The notes beneath the pieces are model-generated. The model searched no databases. It saw nothing but the letters and a program-made list of their open reading frames with translations, and had not been told where the DNA came from. A stretch of 64,000 nucleotides of DNA from Chloroflexia bacterium (GTDB lineage Bacteria > Chloroflexota > Chloroflexia > QHBQ01 > JADMIH01), in contig JBBRDO010000001.1 of the NCBI GenBank assembly GCA_038203825.1, forward strand, positions 64,590-128,589, given 5' to 3'. Both the position numbers and the translations under genes were made by a program. Of this stretch, positions 55,270-64,000 are shown one piece after another; within the stretch, counting starts at the first letter, position 1; each line of letters opens with the position of its first letter.

Positions 55270-56484
55270 CTATTTCTCGACTTGTACTACCCAATCAGTG
55301 GTTACAACCTGGTTCCGGTACTTAAACTCAATCCAGATTTTGTACAGGCCTTCCTCGGGGAACTTGTGAGTAAAGGCGATATAGGGACCATAACCTACCG
55401 CAGGAAGCACCAATGAAGGATTTATCACGGACACCTGCGCAGTTGCTTGTGCGGGCTGCAAAGTGACGATCGGCTGTACTGTGCGCGTGGCCAGCGCGCT
55501 GTCTATTCCTGGGGCTAAGGTCGGCGGTCCTGCTGTAGGCACAACGGGGGTAGCGCTCGCCTGCACTGCCGCGGGCGTTGGGCTGCTGGATGAGGTCGTG
55601 CCTCCGGCCTCTGTCGTGGCCGTTGCTTCAGGGGCGAACTGGTGCGGGACCGCCGCGCCTGTTTCCCAGCCAAAGTCCTTCCCCTCACTGTTGATCGTCC
55701 ACAGGTACCCAGGTGCGCCAAGGAAAGGCCAGATTGCGTCGACCGGCACATCGTGTTCAGCGACAAACACCGCCAGTTGGCTGTCTTCTCCGGCTTTGAT
55801 CGGTCCCGTTCCCGTGAACAACTCCACGCGCAGTCCGTATTGCGTGAGCGTCTTCGCTAGTGTGGAATCCACTGTAAGGGCCGGTTCGGCGCCCTCGCCC
55901 GTTTTCACCGTGCCCGGCAATAACTGCATGTCGCCGCCCGCGGGTTGGAACAAACCAAAGCTGTAGTAGCTGCCCTTCTGCGGGAAGAACGTCGCCAGAG
56001 ATACCTGGTTGTCTGACACGCGGTCACTGTAACTGTGTTTGAACGCCATCAAGTCGCCGCTGATGAGCACATTGTGGAATAGAGCGCCATCTACCGGTGT
56101 AAAGGCCGTTACAGGCTTCCCGGTACTCGGGTCGGTGATCTTGTAGTTGATTGTTGCAAACTGGGGCGGGTTTAAGCGCTGAGGGTCCATAGACACCGCA
56201 ACCGCGTACTTGCCTGAGGTTGCCGGGTAATTAACTGCAGTGGGATCGGTGCAACCGGACAACGCCCCGGCCGCCAGCACGCTCACAGTGAGCGCCGCCA
56301 CTGCTCTAAGCCTTAAACCCTCAAGTCGATTAATTGACAAGGGTTGCTTCCTCCTTTGGACGATAATCAACGAACGGATTATAGCACAAGCACTCCGATC
56401 CATCACAGGCGCTGGCGATTCAATCCGGCACAGAAACGGTAGAGGCCGGAGGCTTGACTTCCTTCCTGTACCCTCGTTCGACAC
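55270..56484 (-). CDS. Putative secreted lipoprotein with two beta-sandwich-like regions joined by a Thr/Ser/Pro/Ala linker; function unknown
   Basis: It has a lipobox-like AAGALSGC after a hydrophobic segment. The probable start is MDRSAC at 56403. FHNVLISGDLMAFKHSY and the C-terminal FTHKFPEEGLYKIWIEFKY resemble YtkA/FixH-like Ig-fold proteins, but the match is weak. Confidence 0.5.
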   Translation of the reverse strand: MSNEGTGRKSSLRPLPFLCRIESPAPVMDRSACAIIRSLIIVQRRKQPLSINRLEGLRLRAVAALTVSVLAAGALSGCTDPTAVNYPATSGKYAVAVSMDPQRLNPPQFATINYKITDPSTGKPVTAFTPVDGALFHNVLISGDLMAFKHSYSDRVSDNQVSLATFFPQKGSYYSFGLFQPAGGDMQLLPGTVKTGEGAEPALTVDSTLAKTLTQYGLRVELFTGTGPIKAGEDSQLAVFVAEHDVPVDAIWPFLGAPGYLWTINSEGKDFGWETGAAVPHQFAPEATATTEAGGTTSSSSPTPAAVQASATPVVPTAGPPTLAPGIDSALATRTVQPIVTLQPAQATAQVSVINPSLVLPAVGYGPYIAFTHKFPEEGLYKIWIEFKYRNQVVTTDWVVQVEK

Positions 56485-56569
56485 ACTTCACCTGAGAAAA
56501 GGGGTTTGCTCGTCGAGGCCAGAGCGTTAGCCGGTGAAAGCTTGCGCAACTGGACCTCGGTTCATCGGA

Positions 56570-58597
56570 CTAAGGCACGAGCAGCTCGCCACGCACGAGT
56601 TTCGGTTCATAGTGCTGCATCGTAATACAGTTTGTCGGACAAATCTGCGCGCATAAGCCGCAGCGTATACACAGCCATTCGTCCATTATCATGGCGGCCC
56701 CGTTCCGCCACCCCTTCGCCTCTTGTAGTCTGGGCTCATCTGGCTGGTCGTTGACCGTTTCCACGAGGTCGAAGTCTGCCATGTGCAGCACATTGGTTGG
56801 GCAAACTTCTATGCAGGCATTACATAGGATACAGTTGTCTCCGTCTATGAATATGTTTAGCTGGCATTGCAGACAACGCTTGGCCTCTTCATGGGCCTCG
56901 ATTGGCGGCAACCCCAGCTCCACTTCTGTAGTGAGGTTGAACCGCTCGTTCATTGGTCTCATCGGCATGTGCTGGCGTGGGACCGAATCATAATCCTCGG
57001 CATCAATGAGGCGACGCTGCATTGTATCGGCCGTCCAGATTGAGATCGGCTGCCACGACATTCGCACGGTGGCATCCGGCGCGATTTCATTACGCACGCT
57101 CTCAGCATCCGCCCACTCATTGATCTGGCGCGTCACTTCGAGGTGATAGTCCGAAACGTGATCAAGGTATGGCACCAGAGCAAATTCCGCCTGGATCGAG
57201 ACCGTATCCTCCTTGGTGTCCACCCCGCGCAGGTACTGGTCGACGGCGATGGCGGTCTTTTGTCCATCACCTATAGAAGCGATGATGGTGCGCGCGCCCG
57301 CGACGTAGTCTCCAGAGGCGAACAGGCCCGGCACATTGCTCATCCAGGTCGACGCATCCACATCAATGCGATTGCGCCTGTTGACGCTGACACCAAGGCT
57401 GGGCGCCAGCCACTCGGTCTCGGGACTCTGCCCCGTCGCAGCGATCAGCGTATCGAGCTCGATAACGAACTCGGAACCCGGTATGGGCACAGGCGAGCGC
57501 CGTCCCGACGCGTCCGGTTCGCCCAATCTATTGCGGATGCATTTTAGCCCTGCCACATGCTCGTTCTCGACTACGACCTCGACGGGTGACACGAGGAACC
57601 TGATGTCCACGCCCTCGATTTCGGCTTCTCGTGCCTCCTCTTCGTAGACCTGCATTTCATTGCGCGATCTACGGTATAGCACATAGACTTTCTCTGCCCC
57701 CATTCGCAGCGACGAGCGCGAGCAGTCCATCGCTGTAAACCCGCCGCCGATCACAGCGACGCGCTTACCCAAGTATGGATTCTGGTGAAGATTAACCTGC
57801 TCCAGGAACCATAACCCCGGGTAAAGACCCTTGACTTTCCCGTAGTCCTCGCCTGGCAGCTCCATTTGCTGTGGCTTCTGCGTGCCCGCGGCTATCACAA
57901 CTGCAGCATGAGTCTTCATCAACTCGTCCAGCGGAATTGCATTTGGATTCACGGCTTCCGCGCCCGGCCAGGTGCCCATTCCAATCGGCGTGTTCAACTT
58001 GATTTCCACCCCGAGCGCGCGCAGGTAGTCATCAATCTCGCGCTTGCACAGATCTCGCGGCAAACGCCACTCCGGAATGCCGGTTGTCAACATGCCGCCT
58101 GCAACCGGCAGCGACTCGTATACGGTCACGCCGTATCCCAGCTTAGCTAAATCACGCGCAGCCGCAATTCCGGTCGGCCCCGAGCCGATCACTCCAACTG
58201 TCTTGGGTGTCGTTCGGGGCGGCATTTCGGGAGGCGTCCATTCGCCTCTGTAGTCTGCAGCAACCCGCTTCAGCCAGCAAATAGCTATCGGCTCATCGAA
58301 GCGCCCTCGCCTGCAAGCGGGCTCGCAAGGTCGCGCACACACGCGCCCAAGGATGCCCGGGATTACGTTATCCTCCAGGTTTATCTGGTAGGACTGGTTG
58401 TAGTCCTCAGCAGCTATGTGCGCGATATACCGGGCGACGTCGGTGTACGCCGGGCAAGCATACTGGCACGAAATATTCGCGAGAAACCATTCGTTATCGC
58501 CCGTTTCAAGATGATAGGGCTGCGCATTCCGTTCGGCGTGACCCACGCTCCCCTCCGAGCGCACCAGCGCCAGCAGTCTCATTCTCTCATCCGCCAT
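56570..58597 (-). CDS. GltD-like FAD/NAD(P)-dependent oxidoreductase fused to a 2x[4Fe-4S] ferredoxin domain
   Basis: 675 aa. The N-terminal Fe-S region is CQYACPAYTDV...CARPCEPACRRG. Dinucleotide sites: VGVIGSGPTGIAAARDLAKLG and VAVIGGGFTAMDC. The C-terminal clusters are CLQCQ..CILCNACIEVCP and CIRCGLCAQICP. Confidence 0.82.
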   Translation of the reverse strand: MADERMRLLALVRSEGSVGHAERNAQPYHLETGDNEWFLANISCQYACPAYTDVARYIAHIAAEDYNQSYQINLEDNVIPGILGRVCARPCEPACRRGRFDEPIAICWLKRVAADYRGEWTPPEMPPRTTPKTVGVIGSGPTGIAAARDLAKLGYGVTVYESLPVAGGMLTTGIPEWRLPRDLCKREIDDYLRALGVEIKLNTPIGMGTWPGAEAVNPNAIPLDELMKTHAAVVIAAGTQKPQQMELPGEDYGKVKGLYPGLWFLEQVNLHQNPYLGKRVAVIGGGFTAMDCSRSSLRMGAEKVYVLYRRSRNEMQVYEEEAREAEIEGVDIRFLVSPVEVVVENEHVAGLKCIRNRLGEPDASGRRSPVPIPGSEFVIELDTLIAATGQSPETEWLAPSLGVSVNRRNRIDVDASTWMSNVPGLFASGDYVAGARTIIASIGDGQKTAIAVDQYLRGVDTKEDTVSIQAEFALVPYLDHVSDYHLEVTRQINEWADAESVRNEIAPDATVRMSWQPISIWTADTMQRRLIDAEDYDSVPRQHMPMRPMNERFNLTTEVELGLPPIEAHEEAKRCLQCQLNIFIDGDNCILCNACIEVCPTNVLHMADFDLVETVNDQPDEPRLQEAKGWRNGAAMIMDEWLCIRCGLCAQICPTNCITMQHYEPKLVRGELLVP

Positions 58598-58680
58598 AGC
58601 ACGTCCCTCCTACTAACTGTCGTCATATTACGTAATTGATTAATTGTGAAATTGCCTGAATATCATACGCTCTGCCGCTC

Positions 58681-59325
58681 TTATAGGGTTGCGAGCGTGG
58701 CTAACTCCAACAGCCAGCGCTCTTTTCCGAGCGTCGTTGGCAGTCCATGTGCTGGGAACACCTTTGTTGCATCTGGCAAAGTCGCTATCCGCGCCAGGCT
58801 CTGCATCAGTTTGCCCTGGTTACCGCCCGGGTAATCAGCGCGCCCCACTTCTTGCTGCATCAACAAATCTCCCGTGAAAAGTACCCCCGCCTTCGCCTCG
58901 TACAAACATATGCTGCCAGGCGTGTGCCCGGGCGTGTGGAGTATCTTGAAGGTCAGGTCCCCCACATTTAGAAGTTGGTCCTCCCCTAGGTGCAAGTCAA
59001 GACTCTTACCACGGACCGGCGGCACCTTCTCCTCGACCTTCTCCGTGCTAATTGCAGGGTTTGAGAGCCGCCCGCTGTCCCAGGAATGCGCCGACACGGG
59101 CGCCGAAAACACCTCGGCAAGTTGGGCGTTCTCCGCAATCTGGTCCCAGTGACCATGCGTGCTGACAATGTTAAGCACCTCGACATTGGCGTGTGCTGCC
59201 GCCTTCCGAAACGTGGCCGCCGTCCCATATGGTGCGTCAACGATTATCGCGGACCCACCAGCATGGTCGTATGCCATGTACCCCATCGCCCCGCGCGCTG
59301 CTCCTACTACAGTGTCGATTTTCAT
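58681..59325 (-). CDS. MBL-fold metallo-hydrolase
   Basis: About 214 aa from MKIDTVV (59325), which forms an ATGA overlap with the upstream stop. Motifs: STHGHWDQ (HxHxDH-like) and ILHTPGHTPGS. The longer track ORF (to 59556) is an unlikely Arg-rich extension. Confidence 0.8.
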   Translation of the reverse strand: MKIDTVVGAARGAMGYMAYDHAGGSAIIVDAPYGTAATFRKAAAHANVEVLNIVSTHGHWDQIAENAQLAEVFSAPVSAHSWDSGRLSNPAISTEKVEEKVPPVRGKSLDLHLGEDQLLNVGDLTFKILHTPGHTPGSICLYEAKAGVLFTGDLLMQQEVGRADYPGGNQGKLMQSLARIATLPDATKVFPAHGLPTTLGKERWLLELATLATL

Positions 59326-60122
59326 TGCTGACCCCTTCGCTCGGCGAGCCGTTGTGCTCGCATGGCAACCAGGCGCAGCGGCCCTTCTGCCTTTCCTGTT
59401 CGGCCGCGGTCCGGTAGCATGCCCTGTGTCCTTGCCGGGATGCCTCGTCTGCATCCCGGCACAACTCCCGGCTCGAAAGGAACAGGCGACACGGGTTGCA
59501 AAGCCCTTGCCCGCTGGATCGAACCTGCAGCCACCTGGTACACGGGCAACGAACACCCCCGCGGAATAAACAGTACCAGGCTGGCATCGGCGAGTGCCGT
59601 GGCTTCAATCGTGTAGTTGGCGCCCGCATCCCACGAAGCAACCCCTCCACGGGTCAACTCCAGTTCTTCCTGACCTTGCGTCACGCGTATGCTGCCCGAC
59701 AGAACGGTCACTACTGCCGCCCCGTGAGTTGCACCTTCGCCAATTGTTCCGGGACGACCAAGCCGGCTCCCCACCGGAATGGTCGCCAGTGAGTGTGTTC
59801 CCTCCGGTCCCGACGAAAGTGGAACGACCCCAGATTGTCCGGCCAACGCGGATGCCTCATGTAAAACAGTGGGACCGGGCACCGAGGTCGCGCCATACTC
59901 AAATACGTGAGGAGAAGCGGCTCTATCCAGGAATTCACTCACAGGGACTTCTAGTGCGGCCCCAATCTTTCTGAGGGTATTGAGCGAGGGATTTGATGCG
60001 CCACTTTCCAGCTGGCTGATGAAGCCCTTGGTGAGCCCACAAGTCGTGGCAAGCTCCACCATAGTCATGCCTTGCGCCAGACGCGCCGCCTTTACTTTTT
60101 CGCCAAGTTGCTTCTCCGACAT
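59322..60122 (-). CDS. XRE-family HTH transcriptional regulator with a cupin sensor domain and an Arg/Pro-rich C-terminal tail
   Basis: The HTH region is LGEKVKAARLAQGMTMVELATTCGLTKGFISQLESGASNPSLNTLRKIGAAL. A cupin-like region follows (VVTVLSGSIRVTQGQEELELTRGGVASWDAG). The last 75 aa or so are low complexity. Confidence 0.8.
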   Translation of the reverse strand: MSEKQLGEKVKAARLAQGMTMVELATTCGLTKGFISQLESGASNPSLNTLRKIGAALEVPVSEFLDRAASPHVFEYGATSVPGPTVLHEASALAGQSGVVPLSSGPEGTHSLATIPVGSRLGRPGTIGEGATHGAAVVTVLSGSIRVTQGQEELELTRGGVASWDAGANYTIEATALADASLVLFIPRGCSLPVYQVAAGSIQRARALQPVSPVPFEPGVVPGCRRGIPARTQGMLPDRGRTGKAEGPLRLVAMRAQRLAERRGQQ

Positions 60123-60256
60123 GAGAGTTTAACCACCCTAAACCTGTTTAGTACAGCAATACCGTTAGCCCGAATATATCACGGAAGTGCGGGACTGTCA
60201 AGATTCGCTATCAGCGTTCCTGGGGGATACCGATTAATATGCCTCGGGCCGTCCGA

Positions 60257-61564
60257 CTAAGGACGCGCCAGCACAAGCACTTTAGCGATCTGAGCCCTTG
60301 TGGCAGCGGCATCCGGCAGGAAGCAGCCGTTCGCATATCCGCTAAATACCTGGTGCTGCATAGCAACCTGCACGTAAAGCCATGACCAGTGGTCCTGCGG
60401 CACGTCACACAGCCGCACTGATGATTGTCCGCCCAAGGTCAGCGGCCAGCCGTTAGATAGCACTAACATCTTTGCTACCTGGGCTCGTGTCACGAAACTA
60501 TCTGGGCGGAAGTTCGCCCCATAGCCGTCAAACACTCCATGAGCGTAAGCCGTCTCGACATATCTGTAGAATAGATGAGAGCGGTTCACATCTTCGAAAC
60601 TTGGCTCGGCAGGATTCAGCAGTTCCCAACCGTTCGTAATCACCAGCATCTTTGCCAGTTGGGCGCGAGTGGTAGCATTATCAGGCCTGAAGGTACCGTC
60701 TGAATAACCTGACACAACGCCCTCGCAAGCCAGCTGCATAACGTAGCGGTACGCCCAGAACTGCGGCTCCACATCCCCGAAGGTCAGGCCGCACGAGGCA
60801 ACGGTTGCTGTAGCCGATGGTGGCAAACCCTCTGTCGGCTCAGGCGTGGACAATACCCCACCCGGCGGCTCCGCCAACCCATTCTGGATCGCAACCAACA
60901 ACAGCTCGCGCCCGACCTCGGCAGTGTCCAATGCTAAAATCGTGCTGCTCGTTCCGTATAGCGTGACACCCATGATCTTGGTGTCGACCAACCAACGCAG
61001 CCTGCGCTCAACCACGTTTCCGTTCGCGCCGTTCGCGGTCGCCGAGTACGCGGGATACGTGTAGAACGTGGTCGGTTCGACTGTGTAGCCCGAGAAGCGG
61101 GCATCTTCCTGCTCGGCACTGAACGCGGTCTCAGCGCTAGTCTGGTAAGCGAACGGGCGTATCGACGCCTGCGCCCACTCATTCGACGAAATGTCCAGCT
61201 CGACTACGTATTTGCCGGTACCGTCGACCACCACGACCGAAGGCCATCCCAGCCTGTCGGCCAGTTCACTAAGTACGGTCTCGTCCCACTCAGCCGCCGG
61301 TGCAGTCTCTACGACAGTCGGTGACTGACCTGGCGTCAATTCGACCGGCGTCCCGTTCCCACCCTGCGTACCCTTGGTGCTCATGGGACTCGCCAATCCG
61401 CCGGCTTGTACGCGCATCAAACCGGTGAGCAGAAGAAACAGTAGCAATACACACGCACCGATCAACCTGGCGCCAAGCGCAAAGCACCGCCTCTTCTGAA
61501 TGAGTTGATTATGATCGCTGCCGTCTGCCCGAACACTATTTAATTGCGCCACATTCTGCCCCAT
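60257..61564 (-). CDS. SLH-domain cell-surface protein
   Basis: 435 aa. It has an N-terminal signal anchor (LIGACVLLLFLLLTGLMRVQA). Three C-terminal SLH repeats are present (FGDVEPQFWAYRYV..GYSDGTFRP; FEDVNRSHLFYRYV..; LCDVPQDHWSWLYV..). It starts 2 nt after the cinA stop. Confidence 0.85.
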   Translation of the reverse strand: MGQNVAQLNSVRADGSDHNQLIQKRRCFALGARLIGACVLLLFLLLTGLMRVQAGGLASPMSTKGTQGGNGTPVELTPGQSPTVVETAPAAEWDETVLSELADRLGWPSVVVVDGTGKYVVELDISSNEWAQASIRPFAYQTSAETAFSAEQEDARFSGYTVEPTTFYTYPAYSATANGANGNVVERRLRWLVDTKIMGVTLYGTSSTILALDTAEVGRELLLVAIQNGLAEPPGGVLSTPEPTEGLPPSATATVASCGLTFGDVEPQFWAYRYVMQLACEGVVSGYSDGTFRPDNATTRAQLAKMLVITNGWELLNPAEPSFEDVNRSHLFYRYVETAYAHGVFDGYGANFRPDSFVTRAQVAKMLVLSNGWPLTLGGQSSVRLCDVPQDHWSWLYVQVAMQHQVFSGYANGCFLPDAAATRAQIAKVLVLARP

Positions 61565-61566
61565 TT

Positions 61567-62802
61567 CTACCGTTTCGATCCCGAAAGTTGCTCCAGGAAC
61601 CGTCGCAAGAGATTCAGCGCTGCGAGCCCCACTAAACGCCCAACTTCACTCGACGCTGTTTTCCAGGACTGTGTTGCCCGGACCGTTTTTGCACCATCCC
61701 GTGCGCTCAAGACGCACATTGATGCGTCAAATTTCACGGTCACGCCGTCTGTGCCTGCCGGTTCCTGCTCTACCTGTACTCCGACCAGTAGATCCGCCCC
61801 TGTTCTTGCCAGTAAGTCCTTCCCTACGTTCTCCAGAGTTGAGCCTTCTGTCTCTATATTCAGGCTCCGTGCCATCTGTTCGAGGCTGGGCGCTGCAAAC
61901 GTTCCCAGGAGCTGTTGATAATTCACGAGTGAGGGCCCTAAAGATCCGATGGCCCCACTACCCACTTCTAATACTATAACGCCCAGACCCGCATCTGCCA
62001 ATGCCCGATGAACCGCCGATTGGGGCGTTTCTGAATCGACACCATATACCGCCGCACCTAATCGCTCCCGAACCTTCCGCTCCAGCTCCTCGATCATTGC
62101 CTCGCCCTGGGCCCTGTCCGCGGCCTTGGCAGTGATTCGAAGATGCACTCCGTCAGCCTTCGCATACGGTGCAAGGGTCGGATTCGACCCCGTCATCAGG
62201 TCGTCAACCATTTCCTCTACGGCCGACTCCCCGATCCCCAACGTCTTGAGCGTACGTGAGACAATCACCGTGCCTGTGGTGGACGCAAGTCGCGGTTCAA
62301 CCTCATTCTCCCACATTCTTTTCATCTCAAACGGCACGCCCGGCATTGACACTATCATGCGCTTGCCACTTGCGTCGTCGCGCTGCACCCACCAGCCGGG
62401 TGCTGTTCCGACCGGGTTCAGTATCGCTTGCGCCGAGGGTATGAGAGTTGCCTGCTTGAGGTTGCGCTCCGGCATCACTACGCCGCGTCGAGCATACCAG
62501 CCTCGCAAGTTCTCTTCAAGAACGGAATCAACCGCCGGCTCTTCGCCTAAGACCTGTGCGATCACCTCCCTGGTGAGATCGTCGCCCGTTGGGCCAAGCC
62601 CTCCTGTCGTCACTGTAAGATCGCTGCGTTCCCACGCGCGTCGCAACACTTCAGCCAGTCTGACCGGATTATCGCCAACTTGCGAGACAAAATAACAGTC
62701 TATTCCCAGTTCGGCAAGACGTTGTGCGAGGTACTGGGCGTTCGTGTCATTTATCGTACCAAGTAGCAGTTCGGTACCAATAGAGACAATCTCGGCCTTC
62801 AT
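61567..62802 (-). CDS. cinA: CinA family protein (MoCF-like domain + nicotinamide-nucleotide amidase domain)
   Basis: About 411 aa from MKAEIVSIGTELLLGTINDTNAQYLAQRLAELGI, which is the canonical CinA N-terminus. TTGGLGPTGDDLT is also present. The track ORF begins 42 nt upstream. Confidence 0.85.
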   Translation of the reverse strand: MKAEIVSIGTELLLGTINDTNAQYLAQRLAELGIDCYFVSQVGDNPVRLAEVLRRAWERSDLTVTTGGLGPTGDDLTREVIAQVLGEEPAVDSVLEENLRGWYARRGVVMPERNLKQATLIPSAQAILNPVGTAPGWWVQRDDASGKRMIVSMPGVPFEMKRMWENEVEPRLASTTGTVIVSRTLKTLGIGESAVEEMVDDLMTGSNPTLAPYAKADGVHLRITAKAADRAQGEAMIEELERKVRERLGAAVYGVDSETPQSAVHRALADAGLGVIVLEVGSGAIGSLGPSLVNYQQLLGTFAAPSLEQMARSLNIETEGSTLENVGKDLLARTGADLLVGVQVEQEPAGTDGVTVKFDASMCVLSARDGAKTVRATQSWKTASSEVGRLVGLAALNLLRRFLEQLSGSKR

Positions 62803-62953
62803 AACCTGCCAGCCGGAACACGGGTCACGGGCAACCTGAAACATCGACCCGCAACTCGATTATAACACAGATTTGCTGCAACTAATACCGTCAATTATGC
62901 CTCCATGTTGGTCAATTTTGAGCTGCTCCGGCTGCCGTCGGTCGGCCAGTTCA

Positions 62954-63871
62954 CTATGCGCCGGTTGGTGCCTCCTTCGGACCGTTGCGCAGTTCCACCC
63001 CCGCCGCTGCCTCGTAGATTCGGGCCACTGCCGAGTAATCCAATTTGCCTGACCCCTCCGTCTGCGCCAAGCGAAATAGCTGTTGCGCAACAGCACCACC
63101 GAACACGGGAACACCCATGTCTGCCGCCCACTTGACCGAAGCGGACAGGTCCTTCATCAGCAAGTCCAGGGCAAAACCACCCGCGAGGTCGCCGGCAAAT
63201 AGGGTCTTGGGGAGCCAGCTTTGCATCAGATAGTTGGACCCGCTTGCCGTCCCGATGACCTCCGTTAGGGTTTCAAGCGGAACCCCCGCTTTAACACCAA
63301 GCGTGAGCGCCTCGGCGTTGGCGATCATTATAATCGAGATCATCAACTGGTTCACGAGCTTCACAGCTTGTCCGGCGCCCGACTCGCCAACATGTATAAC
63401 GTGCTTGCCCAGCGCGCTTAGAACCGGCTGAGCGCGCTCGAAAGCTTCCTTGCTCCCCCCGACCATGATCGTCAATGTGCCGTCGGAAGCGCGTGCCGGG
63501 CCGCCGCTGACCGGCGCGTCCAGGGCGTCGATGCCCAGTTCAGAGAGAAGCCTGTAATGCTCACGCGCTGCTGCCGGGTTGATCGTGCTCACGTCAATGT
63601 ACAGCATGCCCTCGCCACCTCTCGTGGCCAGCCCGTTGTCGCCGAACAGCACCTCCTGCACCTGGGGCACATCCGGCACGGAAGTCAGCACCACGGCGCA
63701 TTCTCCCGTCAGGTCTGACGCGTGGTCCGCTAGTCGGGCACCCGCCTCCACCAGTTCGTTTGCCGGCGCACGATGCACATGCGGCACTACATACAGGTCG
63801 TGTCCCGCCCCCAGTAGTCGTCGCCCCATCGGCAGGCCCATTGCTCCTATCCCAATCAATCCCACCTTCAT
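62954..63871 (-). CDS. NAD(P)-dependent 3-hydroxyacid dehydrogenase (3-hydroxyisobutyrate / tartronate semialdehyde reductase family)
   Basis: 305 aa. Rossmann motif MKVGLIGIGAMGLPMGRRL, plus DAPVSGG and GAGQAVKLVNQ. AAAGGAG lies upstream of the ATG. Confidence 0.85.
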   Translation of the reverse strand: MKVGLIGIGAMGLPMGRRLLGAGHDLYVVPHVHRAPANELVEAGARLADHASDLTGECAVVLTSVPDVPQVQEVLFGDNGLATRGGEGMLYIDVSTINPAAAREHYRLLSELGIDALDAPVSGGPARASDGTLTIMVGGSKEAFERAQPVLSALGKHVIHVGESGAGQAVKLVNQLMISIIMIANAEALTLGVKAGVPLETLTEVIGTASGSNYLMQSWLPKTLFAGDLAGGFALDLLMKDLSASVKWAADMGVPVFGGAVAQQLFRLAQTEGSGKLDYSAVARIYEAAAGVELRNGPKEAPTGA

Positions 63872-64000
63872 CGTTTGCTTCTCCTTTCTAAGGGCAGCGC
63901 CCTAACACCTTCCTAAGAGGGCCCGGCCATATCCGACGCTCCCGCTCCATTCAAGTCTACTCTACTACCAATCCGTCTTTGTACGCCATAGCTGGCCCCG

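Noticed and set aside
58681-59556. Long form (291 aa) of the MBL hydrolase ORF
   Set aside because: The first 77 residues are Arg/Gly/Ala-rich and overlap the regulator gene in another frame. The MKIDTVV start at 59325 gives a canonical MBL N-terminus and an ATGA junction.
1-64000. Search for rRNA, tRNA, CRISPR arrays and reverse-transcriptase-type elements
   Set aside because: By eye, none of the intergenic gaps shows cloverleaf-like tRNA structure, regularly spaced direct repeats or RT motifs. A covariance-model scan would be needed to exclude small ncRNAs.

Overview
GC-rich bacterial chromosomal segment, densely coded, with about 55 genes. I found no rRNA, tRNA or CRISPR array. The gene content (several SLH-anchored wall proteins, many polytopic GT-C glycosyltransferases, a cyclase-STAND-TPR protein) suggests a Chloroflexota-like or other monoderm lineage; this is inference only. 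Contents from left to right: (1) a minus-strand leucine/isovalerate catabolic operon (liuB-liuC-liuD-liuE), preceded by a 7Fe ferredoxin and followed by an extra split biotin carboxylase and carrier protein; (2) an SLT + amidase_2 + 3xSLH wall hydrolase; (3) a TrxR-type ferredoxin-NADP reductase coupled to leucyl aminopeptidase; (4) an envelope-glycan locus of about 18 kb (12.9-30.9 kb) with a Wzm/Wzt ABC exporter, an O-antigen-ligase/Wzy-like protein, a Wzx flippase, two SAM methyltransferases and six GT-C type membrane glycosyltransferases, two of them disrupted, but no cytoplasmic GT-A/GT-B enzyme or initiating phosphoglycosyl transferase; (5) a zinc-ribbon class III cyclase-STAND-TPR protein coupled to an SRPBCC protein; (6) an 800-bp non-coding gap carrying a palindromic repeat element; (7) a 1044-aa exoprotein with SpoIID-like, PA14, dockerin and cohesin modules; (8) a seventh GT-C gene and an NPPY methyltransferase; (9) a five-gene same-strand module headed by an orphan proteasome-beta/HslV-like Ntn hydrolase whose stop overlaps the start of a tyrosine recombinase, which I rank as the most novel candidate; (10) housekeeping and accessory genes: an ABC-2 exporter, plsY, a three-subunit molybdenum hydroxylase, a GltD-like oxidoreductase, MBL hydrolase, XRE-cupin regulator, SLH protein, cinA and a 3-hydroxyacid dehydrogenase. 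All functional calls come from reading motifs in the translated ORFs. No database search was run.
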